A stretch of 64,000 nucleotides of DNA from an uncultured Bacilli bacterium (GCA_949425575.1 CASPVX010000002.1:10309-74308); one strand, 5' to 3'; positions 47,812 through 59,563 are shown, counted from the stretch's first letter. Made by a program: numbers and translations. Notes: generated by a model not told the origin, from the letters alone.

Positions 47812-49497
47812 CTAGATTTCTCTAATCTCTTTTAATATTGTTTCTATTTCAATTTCTTTATTAATTTTACCGTCACGAGTTTTAAATTCAACTATATTTT
47901 CGTTTGCTCTTTTACCAACAGTTATTTTTATAGGTAAACCGATTAGATCCATATCTTTGAATTTAACGCCTGGTCTTTCATTTCTATCATCTAATAATGT
48001 ATCTATTCCTTGTTCCCAAAGCATGTTATATAAATTATGCGCTAATTCATTTTGAATTTCATCTTTTGGATTAATTAACACAATTCCAACTGTATATGGG
48101 GCAATTTCTTTTGGCCAGATAATTCCATTATCATCATTATGTTGTTCTACAACGGCAGCCATACATCTAGCTGTTCCAATACCATAACTTCCCATAACAA
48201 CAGGTACACTTTCGTTTTCTTCATTTAAATATGTAAGTCCTAATGATTCTGAATATTTAGTACCTAGATTAAATAAATTTCCAACTTCGATTCCTTTTTT
48301 AAAATATATCTTTCCTCCACATTTTGGACATGTGTTACCTTCTTCAATATTAACAATATCAGCAACTTTATAAATATCGAAATCATCTAAATTAACATTT
48401 ATATAATGCTTATCAGTAATGTTAGCTCCTACAATAAAATTACTCATATTATTTACTTCATTATCAATAACAATTTTTGCTTTTACTCCAACAGGTCCTA
48501 ATGAACCAAATGATGCATCTGTAACTTTTTTAAGATCATCTTCAGTAGCCATTTCAACACTTGTAGCACTAAATAATTTTCCTAATTTTGTATCATTTAA
48601 TTCTTTGTTTCCTTTTACTAAAGCAAATACAATTTCGCCATCTATATTACAAACTAAAGTTTTAACGCATCTATCTGTAGAAACATTTAAAAAGCTTGCA
48701 AGTTCATCAATTGTATGAACGTTTGGAGTATCAATTAATTCCATTTGCTTTTTTTCTTCTTCATTTTTAATATTGCTGGTTTTTACTTCAGCAATTTCAA
48801 TATTTGAAGAAAAATCACAGCTATCACAAAGAACTAATGTATCTTCTCCAATTTCAGTAACTGCTTGATACTCTTCTGATAATAGGCCACCCATCGCACC
48901 AGTATCAGCTTTAACAACTCGATAATCAATATCCATTCTATCAAAAATATTGTTATATGCATCATACATTTTTTTATAAGAAGCATTTGCACTTTCTAAA
49001 TCTGCATCAAAACTATAGGCATCTTTCATTGTGAATTCACGGGTTCTAATAAGCCCATATCTTGGTCTTGCTTCATCTCTGAATTTATTTTGAAATTGAT
49101 ATATATTAAATGGCAAATCACGGTAAGATTTTATTTTCATACTTGCAGCTTCAACAAATAATTCTTCATGTGTTGGTCCTAAAACATAATCTCTATCTGC
49201 ACGGTCTTTAAGTGAAAACATGTCATTACCAAAATTATCTCGTCTACCAGATTTTATAAAAACGTCTTCTGGAATAAGGGCAGGCATTGTAAGTTCACTT
49301 GCACCTGCTTTATTCATCTCATCTCTAATTATATTTTCTATTTTTGTTTTTACTCTATATCCTAATGGCATAAACATATATACTCCAGCACTGCTCTTTT
49401 TTATCATGCCTGATTTAACTAGCAAATTAGAACTAGTACTGTCTTCACCTTTTGCATCTTCCCTTAGTGTGTAAAAAAAGTCTTTACTTAATTTCAT
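47812..49497 (-). CDS. proS: Proline--tRNA ligase (bacterial type with an editing insertion)
   Basis: FRDEARPRYGLIRTREF (motif 2), an INS domain region, GSYGIGT.R, and a C-terminal anticodon-binding domain. Confidence 0.92.
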   Translation of the reverse strand: MKLSKDFFYTLREDAKGEDSTSSNLLVKSGMIKKSSAGVYMFMPLGYRVKTKIENIIRDEMNKAGASELTMPALIPEDVFIKSGRRDNFGNDMFSLKDRADRDYVLGPTHEELFVEAASMKIKSYRDLPFNIYQFQNKFRDEARPRYGLIRTREFTMKDAYSFDADLESANASYKKMYDAYNNIFDRMDIDYRVVKADTGAMGGLLSEEYQAVTEIGEDTLVLCDSCDFSSNIEIAEVKTSNIKNEEEKKQMELIDTPNVHTIDELASFLNVSTDRCVKTLVCNIDGEIVFALVKGNKELNDTKLGKLFSATSVEMATEDDLKKVTDASFGSLGPVGVKAKIVIDNEVNNMSNFIVGANITDKHYINVNLDDFDIYKVADIVNIEEGNTCPKCGGKIYFKKGIEVGNLFNLGTKYSESLGLTYLNEENESVPVVMGSYGIGTARCMAAVVEQHNDDNGIIWPKEIAPYTVGIVLINPKDEIQNELAHNLYNMLWEQGIDTLLDDRNERPGVKFKDMDLIGLPIKITVGKRANENIVEFKTRDGKINKEIEIETILKEIREI

Positions 49498-49563
49498 AAT
49501 TAATCACCTCTTATCATTATATCATATTTATAATAAAAGTCAGTATATTCTACTGACTATTTT

Positions 49564-51015
49564 TTAATTATTTACTCTTTGTTTTACCATTGGTGTACTA
49601 TTATTTATTTGCATAAATACATACCCATTATTTTTACCATACTTAATAATATCCCTAAGAGCATTAGCTGTATATGATTTAATATCGTGCATTAAAACCA
49701 TATTACATCTGTTTTTAGATAATTGATTTACTGTATTTTGATAAACACATTCTTTAGTTCTAATACTGGAACATTTTCCAGCATCTTCAGAACTTATATT
49801 CCAATCATAGTACTTGTATCCTTTTTTAACAACCTCATTGGTAAGTGTTGTCATTAATCCTTGTTGATATTTTTTACTTACAGTATTACTGCTTCCTCCT
49901 GGAAATCTAATAAATTTAGAATCATACCCAGTTATTCTTTTAACTCTGCTGGAAACAGCATTTAAATCCTCAAAATATGCTTCCTTAGAAGAATAAAGGT
50001 TAGAATAATTGTGAGAAGCCGTATGAAGCCCTACTGTATGTCCTTCTTCATACTCTCTTTTTATTAAATAATCGGGTCCTTTATTAGTAACGAAGAAGGT
50101 TGCTTTTACATTTTCTTCTTTTAAAATATTTAATATCTGGTTGGTAACCGCCTCATTAGGGCCATCATCAAAAGTTAAATATATAGCGCCTTTTATACCA
50201 CATCCAGAGGTATTTATTGTTTGTTTTTGGACTATTACTTCTCTAGTAACTACTTGCTTATTCCCTGCCTTATCAGAAACACTATAAGTTATTTTATATG
50301 CTCCTGGAGCTGAAGTATCTACTTTTCCTGTGACTTTAACTTTATTTGTTAAATTTCCATCACAATTATCATTAGCACTAAAGCCAGCATCATTATATTT
50401 ACTATTTAACCATAGATATGTTTTTGAAAAACCTTTTAGCTTTATTTCGGGTTTAGTTTCATCAGCGTATACTAGTTTTCTTATTTTTTTGGTCTTATTT
50501 CCAGATGAGTCTTTGACAACATAAATTATTTCATTTTCGTTTTCTATAATTTCTGGTTTTAAGTTTTTATCAAAATTATCTGTTATTTCAAACCCCTCTT
50601 CTTTATATTTTTGATTAGGACAAACTAAAACTTCTTCGTTTCCTTTTAATTTTATTATTGGACTTTCATCATCTATAACATTTACTGTTCTTGTTACTTT
50701 TGTTTCAAATATAAAATTTTTAGAAATATAAGTTACTGTGTATGTGCCTGGTTTAGAATAATTTACTTTACCTACGATAACAACATCTTTGGTAATATCA
50801 CCACCAATTATTTTAGAAGTATATCCTGGTTCAGTATATTTATCTGGATATTTTAAAGTTATTTCATTACTACCTTTTAGTTTTAATTTAGGTGTCATAA
50901 TTAAGCATACTAAAAGAAATAAAAAACAGATTATCATAATAAATATAAAAATGATTTTAGTTTTTGATATTTTTTTTATTTGATTAATTAATTTAAGTTC
51001 TTCTCTATTATTCAT
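49564..51015 (-). CDS. Membrane-anchored polysaccharide deacetylase (NodB/CE4) with three Ig-like repeats; paralog of 30760-32145
   Basis: Same architecture as its paralog: TM, three Y.EPG/Y.EEGF/Y.D.GF..DN.DG modules, and LTFDDGP, HTASH, RFPGGS, LMHD. Confidence 0.8.
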   Translation of the reverse strand: MNNREELKLINQIKKISKTKIIFIFIMIICFLFLLVCLIMTPKLKLKGSNEITLKYPDKYTEPGYTSKIIGGDITKDVVIVGKVNYSKPGTYTVTYISKNFIFETKVTRTVNVIDDESPIIKLKGNEEVLVCPNQKYKEEGFEITDNFDKNLKPEIIENENEIIYVVKDSSGNKTKKIRKLVYADETKPEIKLKGFSKTYLWLNSKYNDAGFSANDNCDGNLTNKVKVTGKVDTSAPGAYKITYSVSDKAGNKQVVTREVIVQKQTINTSGCGIKGAIYLTFDDGPNEAVTNQILNILKEENVKATFFVTNKGPDYLIKREYEEGHTVGLHTASHNYSNLYSSKEAYFEDLNAVSSRVKRITGYDSKFIRFPGGSSNTVSKKYQQGLMTTLTNEVVKKGYKYYDWNISSEDAGKCSSIRTKECVYQNTVNQLSKNRCNMVLMHDIKSYTANALRDIIKYGKNNGYVFMQINNSTPMVKQRVNN

Positions 51016-51066
51016 ACAACATCACTTGAGATCATTATACCATATTTAAAATAAAGAAAAAACGAT

Positions 51067-52659
51067 TTAATTATCGTTTTTCTTAGTTAGTATTAATCTT
51101 TTTTGCTTTTTTCTTAGAAGTTCTTTTTCTTTTTCAATTAATCTTTGATGTCTAGCAATAGTTCTAGATTCTAAATAGTTTATACGGTCCATTGCATCTA
51201 TAAGATCTGGATCTGTCTTTAACTCATCTCCATATTTATTTTGAAGTTCAAATTTAAGCATATCTATTTGATATAAATTATCAAATGTCATATTTTTAAA
51301 AGTACTAGTTGTTCTTATATGATAGACTAAATCCATATAATTTAACCTTTGAAAATGAGCATCAGTGACTCCAATTAATTTTCGCGCACCTATTAAACTA
51401 TTGTTTAATAAATAGGCTTTATATAAATTTCTAACCATTCTTCTTTTAAAAATCATAAAAGGCATTAGTCCAATTTTAAAACGATTATCTACTTTTAAAA
51501 TATCTAATAAAGTCTTTTTTTCATTATAGCTTTTTTCTATTTTTTTCTCTTTTTCTTTAATGTCTTCATCAGTAATTTTAGAAATCATAATGGCTTCTCT
51601 TTCAGTAATTTCTGCTTTTGTTTCTTGTTTATTTTCTTTTTCCTTTTTATTTTCCTTTTCTTTGTTTACTTCTTCATTTTCTTGTATTTTTTCTGGTTCT
51701 ACAGTAGTATCTTCTTTACTACTGATATCTGCCTGGCATTTTTGCTCATCTACTTGTTCTATTTTTTCTGTTTTTACTTTTAAAATATTTTTATCTTTAG
51801 GTTTTATTTCTTCTTTAATTTCCTCTTGAAATTTTATTATGGGTACGATATTTTCTATTTTAGTTTCTACTGTAGATTTTTCATTTGATAAAAAAGAATC
51901 TTCTTTATTTTCGAAACTATTTTCTATGTGTTTTTCTTCATAAGTAACATTACTAAATTCTTCAGAATCTATTTTATCTTGATAAAACTCTTTTTCTATA
52001 TTTAAATTTTTAGTTTCTATATTTTCTATTTTTTCATCATTTGTTTTATTTAAACCTAAATCATTATTTTCCTTTTCTTTTATTTCTTCTTTTGTTTCTT
52101 TACAAATAGGACCTGGAATAATAACCTTTTCTTCTTTGTTTTTTCTTATAACTTTTATTTTTTTCTCTTTATATTTGTATTTTTCCATTTCTTTTAGAAA
52201 AACTGTAGTTTTAGTATTTTTAAAGCTTTCATCATTAACTTTTGTAATAATATCTCCAGCTTCTAACCCAGCTTTATCTGCAACACTATTTTCAAAAACT
52301 TCCTTAATTATTATATTGAAGTTCTCATCATTGTATATTTTAATTCCTAATGCTTCCCAGAAGTCTTCATTAGAAAAGTTTTTTACTAATATTTTTTCTT
52401 CTTTTTTTATTTCTAAATTATCTTCTTTATTAAAAACTGATTGCTTCTCTGTTTTTTCGTTTGATGAATTACTACTAAATAAAACTGAACTATTAACTTT
52501 ATTGGTCCCACCAGTACTTTCAGTTGTATCTTCGTTTTCAACTTGTTTTTTATTTTTAGTAAAACTAAATCCAATAAGACCTAAAATAATAATCCCTAAA
52601 TTTTTTAAACCATTTATTATTTGTTTTAACACCTTTTTTAGCACATTAATCATCTTCAT
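51067..52659 (-). CDS. Membrane-anchored PDZ-domain protein with a long Glu/Lys-rich spacer
   Basis: TM (GIIILGLIGFSF), PDZ-like VADKAGLEAGDIITKVND, and about 200 aa of E/K/N low complexity. The ~180-aa C-terminal domain is unrecognised. Confidence 0.6.
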   Translation of the reverse strand: MKMINVLKKVLKQIINGLKNLGIIILGLIGFSFTKNKKQVENEDTTESTGGTNKVNSSVLFSSNSSNEKTEKQSVFNKEDNLEIKKEEKILVKNFSNEDFWEALGIKIYNDENFNIIIKEVFENSVADKAGLEAGDIITKVNDESFKNTKTTVFLKEMEKYKYKEKKIKVIRKNKEEKVIIPGPICKETKEEIKEKENNDLGLNKTNDEKIENIETKNLNIEKEFYQDKIDSEEFSNVTYEEKHIENSFENKEDSFLSNEKSTVETKIENIVPIIKFQEEIKEEIKPKDKNILKVKTEKIEQVDEQKCQADISSKEDTTVEPEKIQENEEVNKEKENKKEKENKQETKAEITEREAIMISKITDEDIKEKEKKIEKSYNEKKTLLDILKVDNRFKIGLMPFMIFKRRMVRNLYKAYLLNNSLIGARKLIGVTDAHFQRLNYMDLVYHIRTTSTFKNMTFDNLYQIDMLKFELQNKYGDELKTDPDLIDAMDRINYLESRTIARHQRLIEKEKELLRKKQKRLILTKKNDN

Positions 52660-53353
52660 TTCTTGTTAAAATTAATTTCTTAGCAGCCCGAAAGCTATGA
52701 TTTTCTTCTACCTCTTCATTTAATTTACCTCTAAGCTTTTTTAGTTCTTCTTGCAAAACTATGCAGTATGATGACTGTATAGGAGATAAATTTCTTTCTA
52801 AATGATGAATCATATTTCTAACACTTTTTTCATTTTGTTTTTTTCTGTTAATTTTAAAAACTTTTCTTAAATATTCAAGGGCTTCATCTTTACATTTTTG
52901 TTCTACAATTTTAGGTTTCTGCATTCTATAGTATAGAGATTTTTCATATGCAAGTCCATTACTTGTATCATAAACCCAAACAGATCCATCTTCCATAGTT
53001 TTTTCAACGAAACAATGATAAGAATATTCTTTACCAATTTCACCGTTTTTAAATTGCTTTATATAAAATGGATTGTATTTTAAATTATCTATTGCAGCTG
53101 TCACAACTTTAAAATTATCATCAGGAAAACATAAAGTAAGCAGTGCAGCTCTATTATAGCATTTACCTTCAGTCAAACTTCTTTCTAAAAGTAATATCGA
53201 TAGTGGAACTCCGCCACAACGAATTTTTTTTGCTCTCTCTATAACGCTTCCCTCATAATTTCTTATAAGTCCTTTTTCCGCACCATAACTAAATAAAATA
53301 AATGACTTTAGTTCAAATAACTTCCATCTAATTTTTTCAAAAATTGTAACCAT
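52646..53353 (-). CDS. Hypothetical protein with a Cys...His...Asp pattern suggestive of a transglutaminase/papain-like fold
   Basis: EGKCYNRAALL (Cys), then YSYHCFVE (His), then VWVYDTSNG (Asp), in the order and spacing of transglutaminase-like cysteine proteases. It overlaps the PDZ gene by 14 nt. Confidence 0.3.
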   Translation of the reverse strand: MVTIFEKIRWKLFELKSFILFSYGAEKGLIRNYEGSVIERAKKIRCGGVPLSILLLERSLTEGKCYNRAALLTLCFPDDNFKVVTAAIDNLKYNPFYIKQFKNGEIGKEYSYHCFVEKTMEDGSVWVYDTSNGLAYEKSLYYRMQKPKIVEQKCKDEALEYLRKVFKINRKKQNEKSVRNMIHHLERNLSPIQSSYCIVLQEELKKLRGKLNEEVEENHSFRAAKKLILTRNEDD

Positions 53354-53583
53354 AAACTTCTCCTTTTTAAACTTAAGTTATAATATCATATTTTGAAAAG
53401 AATGCAAATTAAAAAGCAATAATTAAGAACTTAAAATCCAAGTAATTATCGCTTTTTTTATTTCGTAATATTCTTCTTTTTCAAATTGCATATTGGCTAT
53501 ACAATATTTTTTACTAGAAATATGATCACAATAATTAAATATGAATCAATCATCATTAAAGTTAGTCTTTCATTTCTTGGCAT

Positions 53584-54093
53584 TTAACTTTTCTCACGAG
53601 TTAGAAAAAGCCCTATAATAGATGTGATAAAAATAACTGGGGCAACTCTAATAAACAACCATTCAAAAGAGTGAAAAGATACCCCTAAAAAGGCGGTTTC
53701 ATGATCATTATAATCCCACTTTAAATATGGACTATTTAATAAAATTAAGGCTAAAAAACCTATTATTATCATTACGCATAACAAGATTAATAAAAAGCGA
53801 ACCATTTTCCTTCTTGCATTTCTTCTTTGTGATAATTGTAAATTTATTATCTCTAATTGTTCAGAAACTACTTGTAAATAATTTGCTTTAGATTCAGCAA
53901 CATTTTCTCCAAGCAATATACTTACTGGTGTTTCAAAAACCTCTGATATTGCAATTATCATTTCTGAATCAGGAACTGATAATCCTTGCTCCCATTTAGA
54001 AATCGTTTGTCTTACTACATTTAGTTTAATAGCAAGTTCTTCTTGTGATAAACCTTTTGATTTTCTTATTGACTTAATATTTTCTTTTAACAC
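53584..54093 (-). CDS. Membrane-tethered XRE-family HTH regulator
   Basis: IRKSKGLSQEELAIKLNVVRQTISKWEQG helix-turn-helix with two C-terminal TM segments. The GTG at 54093 lies 8 nt after an AAAGGAG RBS. Confidence 0.75.
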   Translation of the reverse strand: MLKENIKSIRKSKGLSQEELAIKLNVVRQTISKWEQGLSVPDSEMIIAISEVFETPVSILLGENVAESKANYLQVVSEQLEIINLQLSQRRNARRKMVRFLLILLCVMIIIGFLALILLNSPYLKWDYNDHETAFLGVSFHSFEWLFIRVAPVIFITSIIGLFLTREKS

Positions 54094-54239
54094 ACTAGAA
54101 CAACTCCTTTCCCTATTAATCATTATATAAATAATATACTGTTGCTACAAGCAATGATTATTAACACTCCTATAATAATTTAATAAATAGTACTTAATAT
54201 GCCTATTAATAGTTTTATTTTATAATTTCTTAAAATTAA

Positions 54240-54266
54240 AAAGGTTAACCGAAATTAACCTTTCAT
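54240..54266 (-). terminator. Rho-independent terminator downstream of the tRNA
   Basis: On the minus strand: AAAGGTTAA-tttcgg-TTAACCTTT followed by TTAATTTT. Confidence 0.6.
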
Positions 54267-54301
54267 ATATTTAAAGTCGATTAGTTTGACTAATTTCCCT
54301 A

Positions 54302-56121
<1,820 letters not shown>

Positions 56122-56130
56122 GGAGGGATT

Positions 56131-56490
56131 ATGAAAACGATATTTTTACCAAGTTTTTGTGAAGGTGCAATTGAAGGAATTGATTTTTTATTAACTGAAT
56201 ATAACGAAATAATATGTAAAAATAGTTATGATAGAGAGGAATTAGAAAGGGCTCGTGCAAAATTTATTGCTTCATTAGAAGAAAATAAGTTCATTCGCAA
56301 TATAGAAGGCAAAGAAGAAATTTTTAGATTAAAAGGTTTTAAATGGGCTATTGAATTATATGGGAAATTATTTATTTCTAGAGATATAGAAAATGATGCA
56401 AAATTTATAGATACAATAGAACGAATAAATAAAGCTCTATATGAAAATTTAAAAGGTCATAATGATGAACACAAAAAAGCGACTAGATAG
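56131..56490 (+). CDS. Hypothetical 119-aa protein
   Basis: GGAGGG RBS, located 9 nt after the pyrG stop. No recognisable motif. Confidence 0.5.
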   Translation: MKTIFLPSFCEGAIEGIDFLLTEYNEIICKNSYDREELERARAKFIASLEENKFIRNIEGKEEIFRLKGFKWAIELYGKLFISRDIENDAKFIDTIERINKALYENLKGHNDEHKKATR

Positions 56491-56498
56491 TCGCTCTT

Positions 56499-56789
56499 TT
56501 ATTTTAACCATTTTAAAAGCTCATCTTTAGGTATATAACCTACTGTAACTTTGTGTTCCATTCCATTTTTGAAATGAATTAGTGTAGGAACACTCATAAC
56601 TCCGTATTTTTTAGCAAGTTCTGGATTTTCATCAATATCGATTTTAACAACTTGAATCTCATCCTTAATTTCTTCTAAAACTGGTCCCATCATTTTACAA
56701 GGCCCACACCAAGTTGCATAAAAATCAACTAATGCCTCTCCTTTAATTAAATCATAAAAATTTTCACTGTCTCCATGTATAATTTCCAT
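56499..56789 (-). CDS. trxA: Thioredoxin
   Basis: WCGPCK active site, 96 aa. Confidence 0.92.
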   Translation of the reverse strand: MEIIHGDSENFYDLIKGEALVDFYATWCGPCKMMGPVLEEIKDEIQVVKIDIDENPELAKKYGVMSVPTLIHFKNGMEHKVTVGYIPKDELLKWLK

Positions 56790-56801
56790 AATATTTTCCT
56801 C

Positions 56802-57446
56802 CTACTCTTTAATTTTTCCTTTTTCTATTAATTTATTTACATTTTCTTCATTTATTAAATTATATTTTACAAGTATTTTTATTATTTCTGCATTTGTATT
56901 TTTATCATTAGCAAGCTCTCCTACTTCTTTTGTTAGTTCTGTTGCTCCCTCAGCTACTTTTGAAAGTATTAAAGTATGATCTAAAATAAATGGCTTCATT
57001 TTAGACTCATTAATAAAGCTAACATTACTAAAGAATGGAAATGACATAATATATAGAACAATAAATATAATAATATAATTTCTTATAAAACCTACAAAAG
57101 CACCTAATACTTTAGAAGCAAATCCCAAAATAATTGTTGCATTTAATATTTTTTCAAAAATAGTTGTTGCGTATAATAATATTTTAACAATAATACCTAA
57201 TATTAACACTAAAAGTGTAAAGGCTATCATCTGATACATGACAACATTTAAAGCTGTTAATCCATTAAAATCAAAAAACGGAAAAATAGACATAAGTAAA
57301 TTTGCTACTGGAACTTTTAATATAAATGCTAATATTAAAACAATAAATGATCCAAGCATACTTACTAAACTTTTTGTAAAGCCATTTTTAAAGCCTATTA
57401 AAGCACCAAATAATAAAAATATTAAGATTACAATATCTAAAACCAT
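56802..57446 (-). CDS. cvpA: CvpA-family membrane protein
   Basis: N-terminal DIVILIFLLFGALIGFKNGF motif and 4 TM segments. It is divergent from rnhC, as in Bacillus. Confidence 0.7.
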   Translation of the reverse strand: MVLDIVILIFLLFGALIGFKNGFTKSLVSMLGSFIVLILAFILKVPVANLLMSIFPFFDFNGLTALNVVMYQMIAFTLLVLILGIIVKILLYATTIFEKILNATIILGFASKVLGAFVGFIRNYIIIFIVLYIMSFPFFSNVSFINESKMKPFILDHTLILSKVAEGATELTKEVGELANDKNTNAEIIKILVKYNLINEENVNKLIEKGKIKE

Positions 57447-57543
57447 ATCTTTCCTCCAATTTTATTATATTACTTTTTATGACAAAAAGAAAGAAATTTT
57501 TCTTTTTAAAGATAAAATATGATAAAATGGAAATGGTGATATT

Positions 57544-58515
57544 ATGAAAAAAAATCCAACTAAAACAATTACGCTTAAAGTAAGTGATAATACTAAAGAA
57601 AAAATGGTTGAATATTTTGAAGATAAAAAAAGAATGAAAACACCGGCTTATGCTGTTTTTCAAGCAGATGAGGCTGATACAGTTGTTACTTTATATGAAT
57701 CTGGGAAAGTTGTTTTCCAAGGAATAAGCGCTGACATAGACGCTAGTATGTGGTCACAAATGGAAAAACATTTAAATCCTGATAAGAAATTAGAATTAAA
57801 GAAATCTGATAATGAGAAGTTAAAAAAAGAAAAAACAGTTAATCCTGCTTTATATAATTGTGATGCTATTGGTTCTGATGAAGTTGGAACCGGAGACTAT
57901 TTTGGACCACTTGTAGTAAGTGCTGCCTTTGTTAAAAAAGAAGACATTCCTTTTTTAGAAAACTTAGGTGTTAAAGATTCTAAAAAAATGACTGATGAAA
58001 AAATAATACAAATCGTTCCAGAAATAATTAAAAAAATTCCATATTATAGTATTTGTTTATCTAATAAAGAGTACAATCAAGAGTATGGCGAAAATATGAA
58101 TATGAATAAGATTAAAGCTGTATTACATAATAAAGTTTTACTTAATTTAGCCTCTACTCATAAATATGAAAAAATAATTGTTGATGAATTTGCTAAACCT
58201 TATGTTTATTATAATTATTTAAAAGATGTTTCAAATGTTCAAAGAGGAATTACCTTTACAACTAAAGGTGAAGATGCTTCTTTAGCTGTAGCTTGTGCTT
58301 CATTAATCAGTAGATTTATATTTATCAAAAAATTTAATGAGCTTTCTAAAGAACTAGGTATTATTTTACCTAAAGGTGCTGGAACTAAAGTAGATGAAAT
58401 TGGCGCTAGTATTGTAAAACAATATGGTTTTGACAAATTAAATGAAATAGCTAAAGTGAGTTTTAAAAACACTGAAAAAATAAAAGATTTATTAAATGAA
58501 AAACCTACTAATTAG
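57544..58515 (+). CDS. rnhC: Ribonuclease HIII
   Basis: N-terminal TBP-like domain and the catalytic IGSDEVGTGDYFGPLVV and ..DSKK.. motifs. Confidence 0.88.
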   Translation: MKKNPTKTITLKVSDNTKEKMVEYFEDKKRMKTPAYAVFQADEADTVVTLYESGKVVFQGISADIDASMWSQMEKHLNPDKKLELKKSDNEKLKKEKTVNPALYNCDAIGSDEVGTGDYFGPLVVSAAFVKKEDIPFLENLGVKDSKKMTDEKIIQIVPEIIKKIPYYSICLSNKEYNQEYGENMNMNKIKAVLHNKVLLNLASTHKYEKIIVDEFAKPYVYYNYLKDVSNVQRGITFTTKGEDASLAVACASLISRFIFIKKFNELSKELGIILPKGAGTKVDEIGASIVKQYGFDKLNEIAKVSFKNTEKIKDLLNEKPTN

Positions 58516-58528
58516 TAGGTTTTTTTGT
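58494..58528. terminator. Bidirectional palindromic terminator shared by two convergent, overlapping genes
   Basis: Perfect palindrome AAACCTACTAATTAGTAGGTTT (58501-58522) flanked by an A-run and a T-run. Confidence 0.7.
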
Positions 58529-59563
58529 GAACTTAACTATAGTATTATCTTCTGGATAATGATGATCATAGAAAACAGGTTCTTCTCCCATTCTATCCAT
58601 TGACATAGCTTCTTCTATAATTTTTTTTATGTATGAGCTATTATTTTTAAGAGCTAAAAGAATCATTTTTTCATCAAAGTCAGTTACATCACCAAATTCT
58701 TCACTCACAATTCTTTTAATTCTATGTTTCGCTATTTTTAAAAGTATTTTTTTCAGTAATGTAGGTTCCTCCACATAGTATAGATAATCATCTATAGGTT
58801 TATAACCAGATGCTTTTTTCAAACTATCTATACTAACTCCAAATAAATTTATAGAATCTTCTAAATTGCAATTGTTAATAATAGCCTTAAGTATAGCTAC
58901 ATCTATGCTATTTTCTCCATAACAATTTGCTGGTTCATCGCCTACTCTCATAAAATACTCGTTGAAGTCAATATATATTGATTTCATAACCTTATCTTTT
59001 GTATTTTTAGTCATTGTTATCACTTCACTTTCTACTTTATTTTTTTTATCATACTCTTTTGCATCTTCTATCCTCATGGCATTCCAAATAACATTATGAA
59101 CTGTTTCACTTTGGAAATCTAATGCTAAAAATAGCATATCTGCATTAAAGGGGCTTCTTTGAGAAAATTCATTTGCTATTAATTCTTCTACTCTTCTTTT
59201 TATACTTTCCTTAACTGGTGAATCTGAAGAAATTTCACCATCTATTTTATGAAAGAAAGATGCCATTTTTAAACTGTCTATTTCTATTCCAAATACTTCA
59301 ATAACGCTGCTTAAATCAGAATTATTTAAAATAGCAAGTAATATTGCTAAATCTATATTATCTTGTTTTTTTACTATTTGATTGCTACATAATAATTTTT
59401 CATAATACAATGGTGCATCATTAATTACTGCTCTTGCATCTTCAGAATAGCGTTTTTCTCTTTTAGTTCTTTTATATACTTCAATTCCCTTTACAGCCGC
59501 AATAATGGACAAAAAGGAAACTGCTACAATAACAGTAGCTTCATACAAAAGTAATAAACCCAT
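58508..59563 (-). CDS. Hypothetical N-terminally anchored protein made of two ~140-aa tandem repeats
   Basis: The block IDLAILLAILNNSDLSSVIEVFGIEIDSLKMAS aligns with IDVAILKAIINNCNLEDSINLFGVSIDSLKKAS, and downstream blocks are also collinear. Confidence 0.6.
   Translation of the reverse strand: MGLLLLYEATVIVAVSFLSIIAAVKGIEVYKRTKREKRYSEDARAVINDAPLYYEKLLCSNQIVKKQDNIDLAILLAILNNSDLSSVIEVFGIEIDSLKMASFFHKIDGEISSDSPVKESIKRRVEELIANEFSQRSPFNADMLFLALDFQSETVHNVIWNAMRIEDAKEYDKKNKVESEVITMTKNTKDKVMKSIYIDFNEYFMRVGDEPANCYGENSIDVAILKAIINNCNLEDSINLFGVSIDSLKKASGYKPIDDYLYYVEEPTLLKKILLKIAKHRIKRIVSEEFGDVTDFDEKMILLALKNNSSYIKKIIEEAMSMDRMGEEPVFYDHHYPEDNTIVKFTKKPTN

Noticed and set aside
49498-49563. Looked for T-box leaders upstream of proS, and upstream of aspS inside the hisS-aspS junction.
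   Set aside because: Only 66 nt separate proS from the upstream gene, and that space is occupied by a terminator hairpin plus a TATAAT/RBS. aspS overlaps hisS by 11 nt. Any T-box for hisS-aspS would lie beyond base 64000.
53497-53583. A 28-aa hydrophobic ORF (MPRNERLTLMMIDSYLIIVIIFLVKNIV) starting at a TAA-ATG junction right after the XRE regulator's stop.
   Set aside because: It has no independent RBS, is very short, and its composition is expected by chance in AT-rich DNA. It would need conservation or Ribo-seq evidence.
51067-54301. A genomic island integrated at the tRNA-Thr 3' end.
   Set aside because: I found no integrase, excisionase or direct repeat of the tRNA 3' end by eye. The idea is kept only as a low-priority check inside the tRNA finding.
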